Source of the DNA: Lama glama
Lineage: Eukaryota
Assembly: GCA_028534125.1 (NCBI GenBank)
Contig: CM052852.1
Location: 5,022,001 to 5,086,000 of the forward strand
Direction: 5' to 3'
DNA length: 64,000 nt
The notes under the pieces are model-generated. The model worked only from the letters and a program-made list of their open reading frames with translations. It made no database searches and was not told the origin of the DNA. This document shows positions 27,180 through 39,406 of this stretch, piece by piece. A program made the translations under genes and the position numbers. Numbering within the stretch: the first letter of the stretch is position 1; each line of letters begins with the position of its first letter.

Positions 27180-27620
27180 ACCGTACAGAGCCTCGCTCCA
27201 GCGCGAGCCTCGGGACCGGCCTAAGCTTCTCTCAGCCCGCTCTCGCCCGGAGGGGCGGGGCCAGCGAGCGGCTCTCGCGCTGGTAGGCGGAGGAAGAAGG
27301 GGTGGGGCCTGCTCCTTCGTGATTGACGTAAGCGCTTCCTCTTCGGCCCGCACCCTCTTCCCACGCACCGGGAAGTCCCGCCTTCGGAAGAGGAAGTAGC
27401 GGTGCGCGCGAGAGCCGGCAGTGACCCGGGCGACAGCGGTGACCGAGAGAAAGGAAGGTGGCGGCCGCGAGTCGCTGCCACTCCGGGCCAGAGTCGGCGG
27501 TTAGAATCGGGGCCGGCAGCCCGGACAGAGTCAGGTGAGGAGGGGCGGGCCGGTTGAGGCCAGTGGGGTATGGGATCCCAGGACTGGATGGTGGCACGCG
27601 CGAGAGCCGTGCAAGGAAGA
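27180..27620 (+). promoter_or_regulatory. HCCS: HCCS CpG-island promoter
   Basis: CpG-dense, no obvious TATA. GC box GGGGCGGGG 27252-27260, CRE-like TGACGTAA 27324-27331, tandem ETS/GABP-type CGGAAGAGGAAGT 27385-27397. Lies ~600-900 bp upstream of the HCCS ATG. Confidence 0.85.
27400..27534 (+). other. HCCS: HCCS exon 1 (5' UTR, non-coding); start approximate
   Basis: Consensus donor CAG|GTGAGG at 27534/27535 within the CpG island; next acceptor TAG| at 28103/28104 precedes the ATG. Confidence 0.65.
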
Positions 27621-28135
27621 CTCTGGCCGCTTATTGCTATCCGCTGTCCTTTCCTTCCTTCTTCTAATCTCTTTTCTTCGCCGCCATACCCTTCCCAGAT
27701 CCCCAGACCCTCGCTAAGCCCCGGGGCCGGGGGCTTAGCCTGGACTGTTAGTTTCCTCTCTCAACCGAATCACCACCTAGAGCCACCCCCACCTTCTCAA
27801 CCCCCCGCCTAGACCTCCTCGCTCTGACGTGGTTTTTTCAGGGACCTCCTCACCTCACCCCCCAAATCCGCATACCTTTAGAAACGTATCCCCAGAGAGT
27901 GGTGTAGATTTCACACTAGTGTTTCCCAAAGTGGGTAGGTAATATGTTAAAGCCGTCCCTCAAAGTGGGTTCCCTGCCCGGTAAGATTCCCATAAGGACA
28001 AGAGGAAAAACAAAGGTTGGCCAGATTAAGAATACTAAGGGAGTAGCTGGAGCCCGGGCATCAGCATTAATTAGTCTCTTTGCTTTGGTACTTGTGAATT
28101 TAGAATTGCCTGGATTCACCACTGCGATTCCCACC

Positions 28136-28247
28136 ATGGGTTTGTCCTCATCTACCCCTGCTGTTGCAGTTCAGACCCCAAATGCTTCAGATCATCAGAC
28201 AGCATCCTCGCGGACAGGATGTCCAATGCATGAAGGGAAAATGAAAG
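28136..28247 (+). CDS. HCCS: Holocytochrome c synthase, coding exon 1 (exon 2)
   Basis: Kozak CCACCATGG. Encodes MGLSSSTPAVAVQTPNASDHQTASSRTGCPMHEGKMK (first CP motif). Donor G|GTAATC, phase 1. Confidence 0.95.
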
Positions 28248-28334
28248 GTAATCGACCCTTTTGTCTAGAAAATAAAAACAAAAGAGAATTCTCAGAAGGA
28301 TTTGGAGGAGGCAGCAGGATAGCATGCCGGTGAG

Positions 28335-28525
28335 GCTCCTAGGCCTGGGAGTGAGGCAACCTGGGTTCGGTCCTTATGCTGCTGTTTACCAAGGGTATGT
28401 GACTGTAGACAGTTTACTTCTCTAAGTCTCAACCCATCATCTGTAAGATGAGGATATAACAACAACATTTCACAGGATTCTTGTGACGATTGAGATAATT
28501 CATGAGAGTGTAGGGATTGCTCCAT
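28335..28525 (+). mobile_element. MIR SINE
   Basis: CCTGGGTTCGGTCC...TGTGACT...TTTACTTCTCTAAGTCTCA..CATCTGTAAGATGAGGATATAAC. Confidence 0.65.
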
Positions 28526-28564
28526 AAATCAGCCCCAACCCTCAAATTTGCCTCTGTCAACATC

Positions 28565-28780
28565 AGCAGTTTTCAACCTGGGGGGCAGTCTTCTATCTCC
28601 CAAGAGAACATTTGGCAATGCCTAGAGGCAATTTTGCTTGTCTACACTGAGAGGAGGGGGTGCACCTAATGAGCAGAAGGCCAGAGTTCTGCTAAACATC
28701 CTACAATGCACAGTGCAGCCCCTCCAGCAAAGAATCATCTGGCCCCAAATGTCAAGAGTGCCAAGGCTGAGAAACCTGGG
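28565..28780. mobile_element. MER20-like hAT MITE
   Basis: CATTTGGCAATGCCTAGAGGCAATTTTG...TGCTAAACATCCTACAATGCACAG...GCCCCAAATGTCAAGAGTGCCAAGGCTGAGAAACCTG. Confidence 0.8.
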
Positions 28781-29864
28781 TCTAGATCTAGCTGTTTATT
28801 TATCAAGACAACTTTATTCGTGCATCTCTTGGAGTACTCAGCTATGTAAAAATAAATCATTGCCTGATGGACTTGCTGTTCATCCTTTAGGTGCAAAGGT
28901 GAGAGTGGGAAAGCTGTCTTTTGGTTCACCTTCTGTTTTAGATTGCCTGTGTAAATACACCTGAATTCACCTGACATTTTAAGTTCTTGTTTCAAGACGT
29001 GAGGGGAGGAGCCAGTGTAGCCTGCTTATTACTCAGTGCTGACACTTCCTGGCCTTGTAGTCATTCACTCCCTTGGTCACTCAACAAGGATTTGCTTCCT
29101 GCCCACTCTGCCAAGCACAGATGGGTTTTGTTTGCTTTTGCACTGAGAGAACAGCCAAGTATAAAACAGGCTAAAATCCTTTGCCTAATGGAGTTTACGT
29201 TCTCATCCTCATAATCCTGCCTGGTAGGTTTTCTCCCTGTTTTATAGTTAAGGAAACTTACAAGTCACACAGGTAGTAAGTGGTAAAGCCAGTGAAAACT
29301 CTGCGACCTTGGATCAGGACCAGTCTGGTGCTGAAACAGAGGCAGACTTGGACGAAGCAGGTGTGTGCCTGCTCTGAGCATCCCCAGGAAATCCCAGAAC
29401 CCTGTCTATGGTTTGATTTTATTTGCTGCAAATCCAAGAGAGCTCTCAGTCTGATTAATTTGCATAGGTAAAGAACGTGGCATTGGTAGGAGATTGAAGG
29501 GGCTAGGGTTCTGTTATATGAAAAATGGAAACAGGATTTTCTTTCCAACCTGGGATCAGTGGGATCAGTGACCCAGGAAAGATTGGCTCTTGGAATGGTG
29601 GCGAGAGGAGGAGGTGTAACAAGTCTCCCTTTAGTCCCCAAGTAGATAGCTGTCCAGGGTCCTGGGGAATGAGGGTCTGTAGGGAGAAGCAGAGGAATGA
29701 GAAGTGAAAGGAAACTTGTCTTTTTCATGTAGGGCATCCAGCCTTCAGTGCATTCCTGGTGTTAACTGCTGCTGCTGAAGATAAGGCTTCCTTTACACGA
29801 GCAGCTGTTCCTGGGCCGTGGCTCTCCCTGTGCCTGTCTCCTCTCCTCAGTCTTAGACCGCCTT

Positions 29865-30010
29865 TTTTTTTTTTCCATACTTTTTTTTTGGTGGGAGGGG
29901 GTAATTCGGTTTATTTGTTTATTTATTCTTAGAGGAGGTACTGGGGATTGAACTCAGGACCTCATGCATACTAAGCATGCACTCTACCACTTGATCTATA
30001 CCCTCCCCCA
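29865..30010 (-). mobile_element. tRNA-derived SINE (camelid-type) with TSD
   Basis: Poly-T tail, SINE body and perfect TSD AGACCGCCTT at 29855-29864 and 30011-30020. Confidence 0.9.
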
Positions 30011-30829
30011 AGACCGCCTTCTCAGCCCACACACTTGCTTCCATCAGCACGCTGGACCCTTGGGCACAGACTGCCCTTCCCGCTGCTGTTCTCGTAGGTG
30101 CAGACCTTTCCTCTTAAGTGGCATCTGGATCCTCCATGGATTGTAGACCGTTTTCTTTAACATGTGCCTTTGCTTGATAAATTTGCTATCTACTGACAAG
30201 GAACAGAACCTCAGCCCGGTGGTAGTTTTCAGTGCCTGGTTTTAGTCCTGGAGTGGAGCACAAGCAGAGTGGCACTCTTTGCTCCAGTAGCCTTTTTGAA
30301 GATGACTGCTCATTTCTCTCTCCTGTCCCCAGTACTTGAGAGACAGCATCCATAATGAAAGCCTGGCCTCCTGTGTCCTGGTTGGAGTTGGGTCTTGTCT
30401 GGAATTTGGGGATAGAAATTCAGGGAGACGCAGTCAAGTGTGGCCGGCCCCACTGAGGTTCCTCTGTAGCAGCTCACAGCAGCCGGTGCCAGGAGCTCCC
30501 TTCCCCCGTTACTGAAACCCTGGTGTGGGCAGTGCCTTCTCTTGCAAGTGCTGAGACTTTGGGGGTTTACTTTTACTAGGGGAACGACACAGGAAGAGAA
30601 TGGGTACCTGTTTCTCTTTCAAGGGGAAAGTAAATTTGTAGAACCTTCTCCTGGTCTTTAAGATGTTATACTGTTGGCTGGCTTCACTCATGGCAGCTTT
30701 GCACAGTAGAACCCTGGCTTGACCTGGGCTGGTGATCACTGGTCAGAAATTCAGCTCTCTGGGGCCCAGAATGAGAGAGCTAGATATCCTGCCTTTGTGG
30801 TGACACTTTCGACACTTGATTTATTGCAG

Positions 30830-30981
30830 GCTGTCCAGAGAGTGCCCAGCCCTCTGACTCAACCTGCGGGAGCCAAACGAACTCTGTGCCCGCCCACCAG
30901 GAGCGCGCGTACGAATACGTGAAGTGCCCCGTCACCGGCGCTAAGGCTGGGAATAAGGAGAACCTAGATCCTTCTAACCTG
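30830..30981 (+). CDS. HCCS: Holocytochrome c synthase, exon 3
   Basis: Acceptor TTGCAG|, 152 bp, (G)[50 protein letters not shown], donor |GTAACC. Confidence 0.95.
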
Positions 30982-31744
30982 GTAACCCGCGCCCCGCCCC
31001 TCTTCCTGGAAGTGTGTGTGCAGGGGTGCCTTTACAGGCTCCCAAGACAAACTGTAGATGGCTAGGACTGATGATTCTGTCCTTTGAAAACAAAGTCTGA
31101 TATTCCATCCACAGTGAAAATCCAGAATGCGTTACTAAGTGTAGCTTCAGAGAGCACCTGAGAAAGCAGAGGGCGATCACGAAGTGCCAGAATGGCTTCT
31201 CCACAACAGATGGCGATTTCTCACAGTTCTGGAGGCTGGGAAGGCTGAGATCAAGGTGCCGGCAGATTCAGTGAATTTGGGGGGAATGCAAACATTCCAT
31301 CTGTGGCACCAGTAATGACCCTCCCAAGCTATATGACCAGGACTAAGCCACACCAGAGGACATTTCCTCATGGGGTAGTTATTAGGTAGGCGGGAAATGC
31401 CATTAAGAGTGCAGCTAGAATTTGCAAAGGTGCTTCTGGTCTTGGGAAACCTCGTAGGCATGCTGCAAGACTGAGGCACTTCTTGAGGCACCTCTTAAGG
31501 CACAGCCAGGTGGCAGCCTGCACGTCAGTCACTGGGGTGGTACAGCGTCACGCAGCCAGCAATGGAGTGCCACCGAGAAAGCAAGGACGACTAGTGTGGC
31601 CTAAGTTTTGTGAGAGTCAGACAGTGGAAGGAAGTGTGGCTTCCTGTTTGGAACCCCATATTAATGAAGAGACAGTGGCAGCCTGTACCTTAGAAGGCAC
31701 AGAATTGCCTCAAGTATTTGGAAATCTTGGCAAACAAGGCAACA

Positions 31745-31896
31745 NNNNNNNNNNNNNNNNNNNNNNNNNNNNNNNNNNNNNNNNNNNNNNNNNNNNNNNN
31801 NNNNNNNNNNNNNNNNNNNNNNNNNNNNNNNNNNNNNNNNNNNNNNNNNNNNNNNNNNNNNNNNNNNNNNNNNNNNNNNNNNNNNNNNNNNNNNNN
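31745..31896. other. Assembly gap (N run) in HCCS intron 3
   Basis: 152 N; other gaps at 12521-12717 and 23059-23196. Confidence 0.99.
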
Positions 31897-32631
31897 GTAA
31901 ACATCCCATTTCTGGCACCAATAACGACCCTCCCAAACTATAAGGCAACTGCCGTGTTGAGGAAGAAGGTGGCGGTGGGCCTTCTCACCTTTGGCACTGC
32001 TGACGTCAAGACTCAGCGAGTCCTTGTGGGCTTTCCTGGGCACTGGAGGATCTGAGCAGCGTCCCTGGCCTCTGCCCACTGGATGCCAGGAGCCCCCTCT
32101 CTTCTCAGTTACAACTACCAAAAAAATGTCTCCAGATGTTGCCATGAAGGTAGGCTGGCTGACTCTTAAGAGTGTAATGGTTCAGAACACGGGCCTTTCG
32201 GAATCCTGCAGGCCTGGGCTCTGACCCAGTGGGATTGTTACATGTAGCAACAATATTAGCCTCGGTGAACTTCTCTGTTGGTTATGTGTGTAGACCCCTT
32301 GCTAAGCACCATCCAGCTCTCCTGGAGTGGCGGTGTACCCGTTCTAGAGCTGAAGTACTGAGAGGGAGGGAGGGAGCAGTTTGCCCCTATCACTCAGCTC
32401 AGAAGTGGCAGAGTCCAAGCTGAACCCCCATCTGTCTCCAACCTGTGTTCTTAAAGATGCTGTGGTGATAACACCGGTAAAGTGCTCGGGGCCCTGCCCA
32501 GCACCCCGGCTCTTCCACTGTGGCCCCTCCAGCCAGGGGCTCAGAGGCTGTCTTGTGGCTGAGACTTCACTAATGTGTACCTCCTGGAAAAGCCGACTTG
32601 CTTTCAACACATAAAGATGTTCTAGGCAAGT

Positions 32632-32812
32632 GGTACTCATCATGGGGTGATTTTGCCCCTGGGGGGACGCTGGTGGTCACATTTGGGGAGGAGAATACCG
32701 CTGGGTAGAGGCCAGGGATGCTGCTAAATATCCTACAGTGCTCAGAAGGGACCCCATAACCGGAAGTTGTCCCAGGCCCAAATGTCAGTGGTGCCAAGGG
32801 TGAGAAACCTTG
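32632..32812. mobile_element. MER20-like hAT MITE
   Basis: GGGGTGATTTTGCCCCT...GGGTAGAGGCCAGGGATGCTGCTAAATATCCTACAGTGC...CCCAAATGTCAGTGGTGCCAAGGGTGAGAAACC. Confidence 0.8.
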
Positions 32813-33360
32813 GTCCAGGCTGTGTTCCCATGATGCTCTGCTGCCCCTTCTGTCCAGGAGAAAGGATTCTTCCCCTCCTTCCAGTCTGCCAGTGTCAGGA
32901 CGTCAGTATTCATCTATGATGCACTCAGCCCAAAGGCTGAAAGCATAAGCAAGATCCAGAAAGTAAAGAGTATTTAAAAAGAAAGTGGCGGTGTACACAT
33001 ATTCTATGAGACTTTTCCTCACAAGAGCGAACAGTCATTTTTGAAAAGCCCGTCCTGGAAAGGCAATGCCTGCCCATCATGGCATTAATTTTTGCTTTTT
33101 AATCCTTTAGAAGTAAACTACAATTTCAACTGCAGCGTGTATTTACTATTTATGAGAACTTAAACAAAGAAAGACAGCTTCAGTACTCTGACTCTTCAGA
33201 ACAGCCCAGTTGTCTGAGGTCTGAAACTTTGATGATGCTAGTTTAATAGGGAAACTGTGCTATGTGTGTGTGATGCCTTGCTTTCTAGGAAGTAGGTAAT
33301 TATTTTGTTTGTTTCTACTTTATTTCCAACTTTTTAAAAAAATCCACATGTTTTATTTAG

Positions 33361-33510
<150 letters not shown>

Positions 33511-33666
33511 TGAGTGAGCGAGCATATTACTGAGAATATAAATTTGCTTGTTAGATTCATCTAAGAATTAAATGTTAGAAAGGTTTTTAATCCTTCAGCC
33601 GTACAGTAAGTTTTTATAATAATCGACTGACTTTTCAGACTTATCAGAATATAAGTACCAGGCCAA

Positions 33667-34060
33667 TGTGTTAGGGTTCTCCAGAGACACAGAACTAACA
33701 GGATATGCCTGTCTTTCCATGCGTGTAAGGAGATTTATCATAAGGAACTGACTCACAGTTATGAAGGCTGAGAAGTCCCACAGTCTCCTTTACAGTCCCA
33801 TGAGAGCCAATATGATATTTCAGTTCAAGTCCAAAGGCAGGAAAAAACCCCCAGTGTCTCAGTTGGAAGGCCGTCAGGCAGAAGGACTTCCCTTTTACTT
33901 GCAGGACGCTCAGAGTTTCTGTTCTGTGCAGGCCTTCAGCTGATTAGATGTGGGCATGCTCTGCCCAGTTCAACGTTAATCTCATCCAGAATAATGTTTG
34001 ACCAAATATCTGGGCACCCCATGGCCCAGTCAAATTGACATATAAAATTAACCCAGCACA
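33667..34060 (-). mobile_element. MLT2B-like ERVL solo LTR in HCCS intron 4
   Basis: TGTGTTAGGGTTCTCCAGAGACACAGAAC...TGACATATAAAATTAACCCAGCACA; near-TSD GCCAA/GCCAG. Confidence 0.8.
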
Positions 34061-34258
34061 GCCAGTAAGACTTTAAAAAAAAACTACTGTATAAACTACT
34101 TAGAAGAAGTTAGGGAATCCATGATACTAACGGAAAAAGTGTCACCTTAAAAATACTGGACCCTTGATAGCTGTGTAAATCTGATTTTTGGTGACTGAAT
34201 GAAATGAATACACGGTGTTGTCAGTATTATGTCAGATTTTACCAAATGCTCTTTCTAG

Positions 34259-34378
34259 GTGGAAGTGGAAGGATGAGGACATCAGTCAGAAAGACATGTA
34301 TAATATCATTAGAATTCACAACCAGAATAATGAGCAGGCCTGGAGGGAGATTTTGAAGTGGGAAGCCCTTCACGCCAA
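34259..34378 (+). CDS. HCCS: Holocytochrome c synthase, exon 5
   Basis: Acceptor TTTCTAG|, 120 bp, [39 protein letters not shown] containing the heme-ligand His (IHNQNNE, human His154), donor |GTAAGT. Confidence 0.96.
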
Positions 34379-36083
34379 GTAAGTATGTTTGCGATCTTAA
34401 AAGAAATCCAGCATCCTTCTAATTTCATAGCCGCCTCATATGAAAAGAAATACAGAGACATTTTATTCAAAGAACTATTGCTATTGTAATCAAACATTTT
34501 CGGGAGCAGGCCTGTCCCAGTGACTTGTGTGGAAGACCCCCACCCCACCCCAGCTGTGTAAAACAGCAGCTGTTTGATTATGCTCGTGGATCTGGGGAGT
34601 CCCAAGTGCAGAAAGGACAGAGCAGGGATGACTCGCCTCTGCTCCCTGATGAGGTCTCAGTCGCCAGGGCTCAGTGGTCAGGGGTGGCTTGACAGCCTTG
34701 GGCTGAATCATTTGAAGGCCCCATTTACTCGTCTGGTAAGTGATGCCAGCTGTCAGGCAGGACACCTACCCACAGCCCCTAAATGTGGCTGCGCTGGCTT
34801 CTTCCCACCGAGGGGGCCAGGATCCCAGAGCCAGAGTTCCAAAAAGTTCCAGGGAAGCTGCATCTTCTTTGACCTGGTCTGGGAAGCCCCCTGGTGTTGT
34901 GTCACAAGCCTGTCCGGGTTCAAGGGGAGGGGTCGTAGGAGGTGTGTCACAGGAGATCTAAAATGCTCTCCACCCCAGAGGCGCTGGGAAGAACAGCTTT
35001 GTTCACTCAGCAGCATTTACTGAATCCCATGAGGACGTTGTCACACGTGGACCTCTTTCCTGGGGAGACTAGCTCTATGCACTTGCGAGTGACTGGCGAT
35101 GGGCCATCAGTCTGTTCAGAGCCGTGGTCCTCACGCCCAGGTCACATCAGCATCACCCAGCAGGTTTGTTCCCATACCGAGTGCTGGGCCCCACCCCTGG
35201 GGTTGCTGACTCTGTAGATCAGGGCTGAGGCCCACACTTAGCATTTCCAGAATGATGCCGGCAGGAGAAGGTCTGCCCGAGCTGAGTTGACTCCTTTGCT
35301 GTGACTTTACTGAGAAGAGGTGCTAACGAGCAGTCCCCCAGGCCAGCAGGGGAGCAGCTCGGACAGTCCCCACTGGGGGTCCATCACACCCGGAGCTTCT
35401 CTCCTGCCCAGGTCATTAGAGAGATCTGTCCAGGCTGAAGCCTGTCTTAATATGACAGCAGCTGCCAAGACAGGTGGCCTGTACTTACCGCTGCCCCCTC
35501 GGAGGCCCCTGCTGTGTGCTTGTGGGCAGGCCAGCCGTGCGCTCCCACCCCCGCCCCCTCAGGGCCGGGAGCAGGCTGCTGGCATCCAGGAAGGCCTTGC
35601 CCAGGGGCCACCTAGAGGGGGATTTTCTAGGCAGGACCTTGCCGCCTGTCGGCTAGTGTGCAGTTACTTAAGCTGGTCCAACACCAATTGTATTAGTTCC
35701 CAGGGAATCAGCCAGCATTCTTCTTTCTTCATGAAGGCTGTTCATTGGTTTCAAATGAAAGAGTTTAGGATTTTCTTAGGTTTGTCTGAAAAAAACCCCA
35801 ACTGCTCTTTGTGAAAGAGAAGCACGATGCCCGATACTTCACACTTTTTACCCGAGAACACGCCTGTATCCCCGTGCCAGATGGAAGGGCCCAGCTTCCT
35901 GACTCCTGCAGAGAGCAGTGCAGATATTTGGAAGGAAGGGGGGTGGAATGGAACATCCCTGTTTCAGAAACCAACAGCAGCATCTTTAACGAGCAAGGGT
36001 ATTTCTTTGAGTTTTTTCAGAGTTACCTTTCTCTAGCAATGTGATATTATGTAAAATGCATACAGAAAAATGTCTGTTATTAA

Positions 36084-36239
<156 letters not shown>

Positions 36240-36843
36240 TGAGTGTTGCTGCAGAAATGTTACTTTCTGTTCCTCAGGTCAGGGTCTGCTTTCTCTTGGC
36301 ACCAAAACCAAACCATTAGAGAACTTGAGTGACATCTTCCAAAACGTCATCAGTGTCCCGTGTCCAGCTGTAGGTCGCTTGCTCTCCCTGACAGTTGCCA
36401 CTGGTGGGCAGGTTCACTAGGGGGTCGCGGGTTGCTTCCAGTCCAACTGTAGGATTGAAGAAAGTTGTCTTGTGTGTTCTTGGCTCCGTCCTCTCTCTCC
36501 TCTCGTGATGCATCTCTGTAGACCTGTGCCCTTGGTGCTGCCCCCTTGTCTTCCAGCGGAGTCGGATTCTCAGCCCACACCTGCCTTTCCGCAGGACCTC
36601 AGCCAACCTCCCTGGCCTGGGTGTCTGTCCCGAGGTTGACCTTATTCCTTTGTAGCAGGTGAGCTGTCCTCTGATTGGGGCTCCTCCCATTCTCCAGCAC
36701 CACCTTCCTTCAGCGCCGTGGCCTGTTCTCATCTCCGAGTCTCACCTCCCGTTAGATGTGGACTCTGAGAGCGGGCTTCTCCATTCACTGCTTTGCCATC
36801 TTTCTCCCTGAAACCAGAGCTGAACACCCCGCAAGCATTTTAA

Positions 36844-37068
<225 letters not shown>

Positions 37069-38309
37069 CCACTGCTTTGTTAGAGATGGGAAAATACCAA
37101 CTTATTTTTTTTTCTGAGCAATACATTAACTATTTTCCCCCAACTGAATAGCACTCATGATGTAGTAGGAATGCCAAGTGGGTCATCACACCTTGCATCT
37201 CACTTAGCAAAGGATACTCTGCACGTGCTCTTTTGAGTTCTGTTTTCACCTTGCAGTTTGCAGCAGATCTTTTTTTCTTCCCATCTAGGGACGAGGGAAG
37301 CACGCCCTTGGTTTTTCCTTTAACTGCGGTACTGCCTGTGTATTTAGAAAAGTCTGAACCAGCTCTGAGAAAGAACTTTGCTTAATGTGAAGAGCTGCTT
37401 TGTTCCTTCCTGTGTTCTCTTGAATACTGACATGTAGACCCGAAAGCCCATGGAATGCTCAGGAGCTTTTACCTGGTCAAATATTTTAATTAAAAGTGTT
37501 CTGTTAGGCTTTTTAAAAAGTTACCAGCATTTCTAAAGTCCTCACAACACAGCAGCGAGCCCTGAAGAAAATGTAGGCGCACAAAGGAAATGCACTCAGC
37601 CAAACTGTGGTGTGTCCAGGCTCTTCAAATTCTCGCCGACGTGAGTTTTTCAGCCTGGCCCTTGTTATAGAGTAGTTTCCACTCCCCCAGGACTTGATGC
37701 ACGTGCACTGGAATATGTTTTAACTTTTTATATATTTTCATTTTCATCCCCGTTGTTCTGAGACGTAACTCAGCTCCCTGCAAGCAGGTCTCATTGTCCC
37801 TGGCATCTGACACCGTACCCTACCCTCGAGTCCCATCCCTCCCCTGCCTGAGGCCTTCCCTCTAGTCAGCCTAACCTGAACCTTGAAGGTCTGGCTCAAG
37901 TCCCATTGCTGGGGACAGTGCCTCTCAAACATGACGATGTTTTCTGGTTAGGCTTCACGAGAGAATTTTCCCAGATGTAGAATGTGTGCACCAACTCACT
38001 GTCTTGAGTTCAGGTTTGTTTTTTAAGGGAGCTCTAAATTAGCCTTTGAAATTCTGTGCACCAGTAACCCATAAACTGGTTGGTCCACTTACAGCAGCAT
38101 GTTAAAAAAAATAACCAACAGTCATTTATAAGTGTTAATAATATTAACTCCTTTCATTTATCCTGAGTATTACAGGGCTAAATTAGTAGATGGACTTAAT
38201 CTGGAGTGATTACTTTGGTATGAATTTCTTTGTTGTGTCTGTTTTGTGTGGAGTTTTAAGAATCCAACAACCTTAAACTTCTACATTTCAAAATATTTGT
38301 GTACTTTAA

Positions 38310-38320
38310 AATAAAATAAA
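38310..38320 (+). terminator. HCCS: Probable HCCS polyadenylation signal (overlapping AATAAA x2)
   Basis: AATAAAATAAA ~1.25 kb after the stop codon. Alternatives: ATTAAA 37489-37494 and AATAAA 38556-38561. Confidence 0.55.
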
Positions 38321-39406
38321 GCTGACTAGCAAGTTTTGAAAAAATTTTTTAAGAGTAACTACACATAACAATCATTGTATCAGACAGAAATAATCTTTAG
38401 AGATGTACTGACTTCTGGTCTCCCTGCTAGGTCAGCCATTTTCTTAACTGTTAATCACATATTTCTAATCTACTGAGGAAAATAATTACTATTGGCAGGT
38501 ATTTTTTGGTCCTAAGTGCTATTGAATAAGTACAGGGCAAGACATTATTATGAGAAATAAAGTGCTGTAACTGTAAGCTGAAAACTGAGCCACAGGCAGG
38601 AATTCACCCCTTTTACAGGGTTCTTCTATTTCTTGAGAAAAACCACCTCTAAAGTAAACTGTCAGACAAACCTGACGATAGCAAGTTCACACAGCCCTCC
38701 TCCAGCCCGGGGGGAGGACGGCAGCCTGCTGCACTCCGGGGCTGCCTGCGCTCCCGGCTGCATTTGGTTGTACCCAGTGGTCAGTACTTCTCTGGGAGGA
38801 GAGTTCATTTATAATTTGAAATTCATTTTGGATATTCTCCATTCTCAACTCAATTCTCTTAGGGTTTTCCACTAAGTCTTCTGTCACAGACTAATGAGAA
38901 TCAGAACAAATGACGGTGCAGTAGGCTAAGTATTAACAAACAAGCTGGGGTGCAAGCTGGGGTTGCGTATTAAACTCTCGTATTCCTAGTAGCTCCCGGG
39001 CTAACGTCCGCTCCTGAGACGGCCGCCTACACTCTGCATCGTACTGGGAACGTAAGATGTATAAGGTGCAGCCCCTGCCTGCAAGGTGCTCAGAGTCCTA
39101 CAGAGGACAGTCTATAAATGAAATAAATGGTGGTGAGGCACTAGACTTCTGATTTAAAGAAAGCTTTGTGTTAATCCAAGGGTTGAATGCAAGTTCACTT
39201 AAGTATTTTTAATGTATATGGAATATACAGTTACCAATTTCTTTAATGAGTCACCAGCATGGTCTACCCTCTACCAGAGTTACTCCACCCTCGCTGAAGT
39301 GAAGAGGCGCACATTTCATGTCTCACCTCTGCAATGACCGTGGGACTTGTGGATCACGTATGTCGCTACAGGCTTGAGGCTGTGTGGTCGTCAAGAATGC
39401 TCGTCC

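Noticed and set aside
27944-28333. 129-aa ORF extending HCCS exon 2 at both ends
   Set aside because: Splice sites at 28104 and 28247 and a perfect Kozak ATG at 28136 define the real exon; the extensions are intronic.
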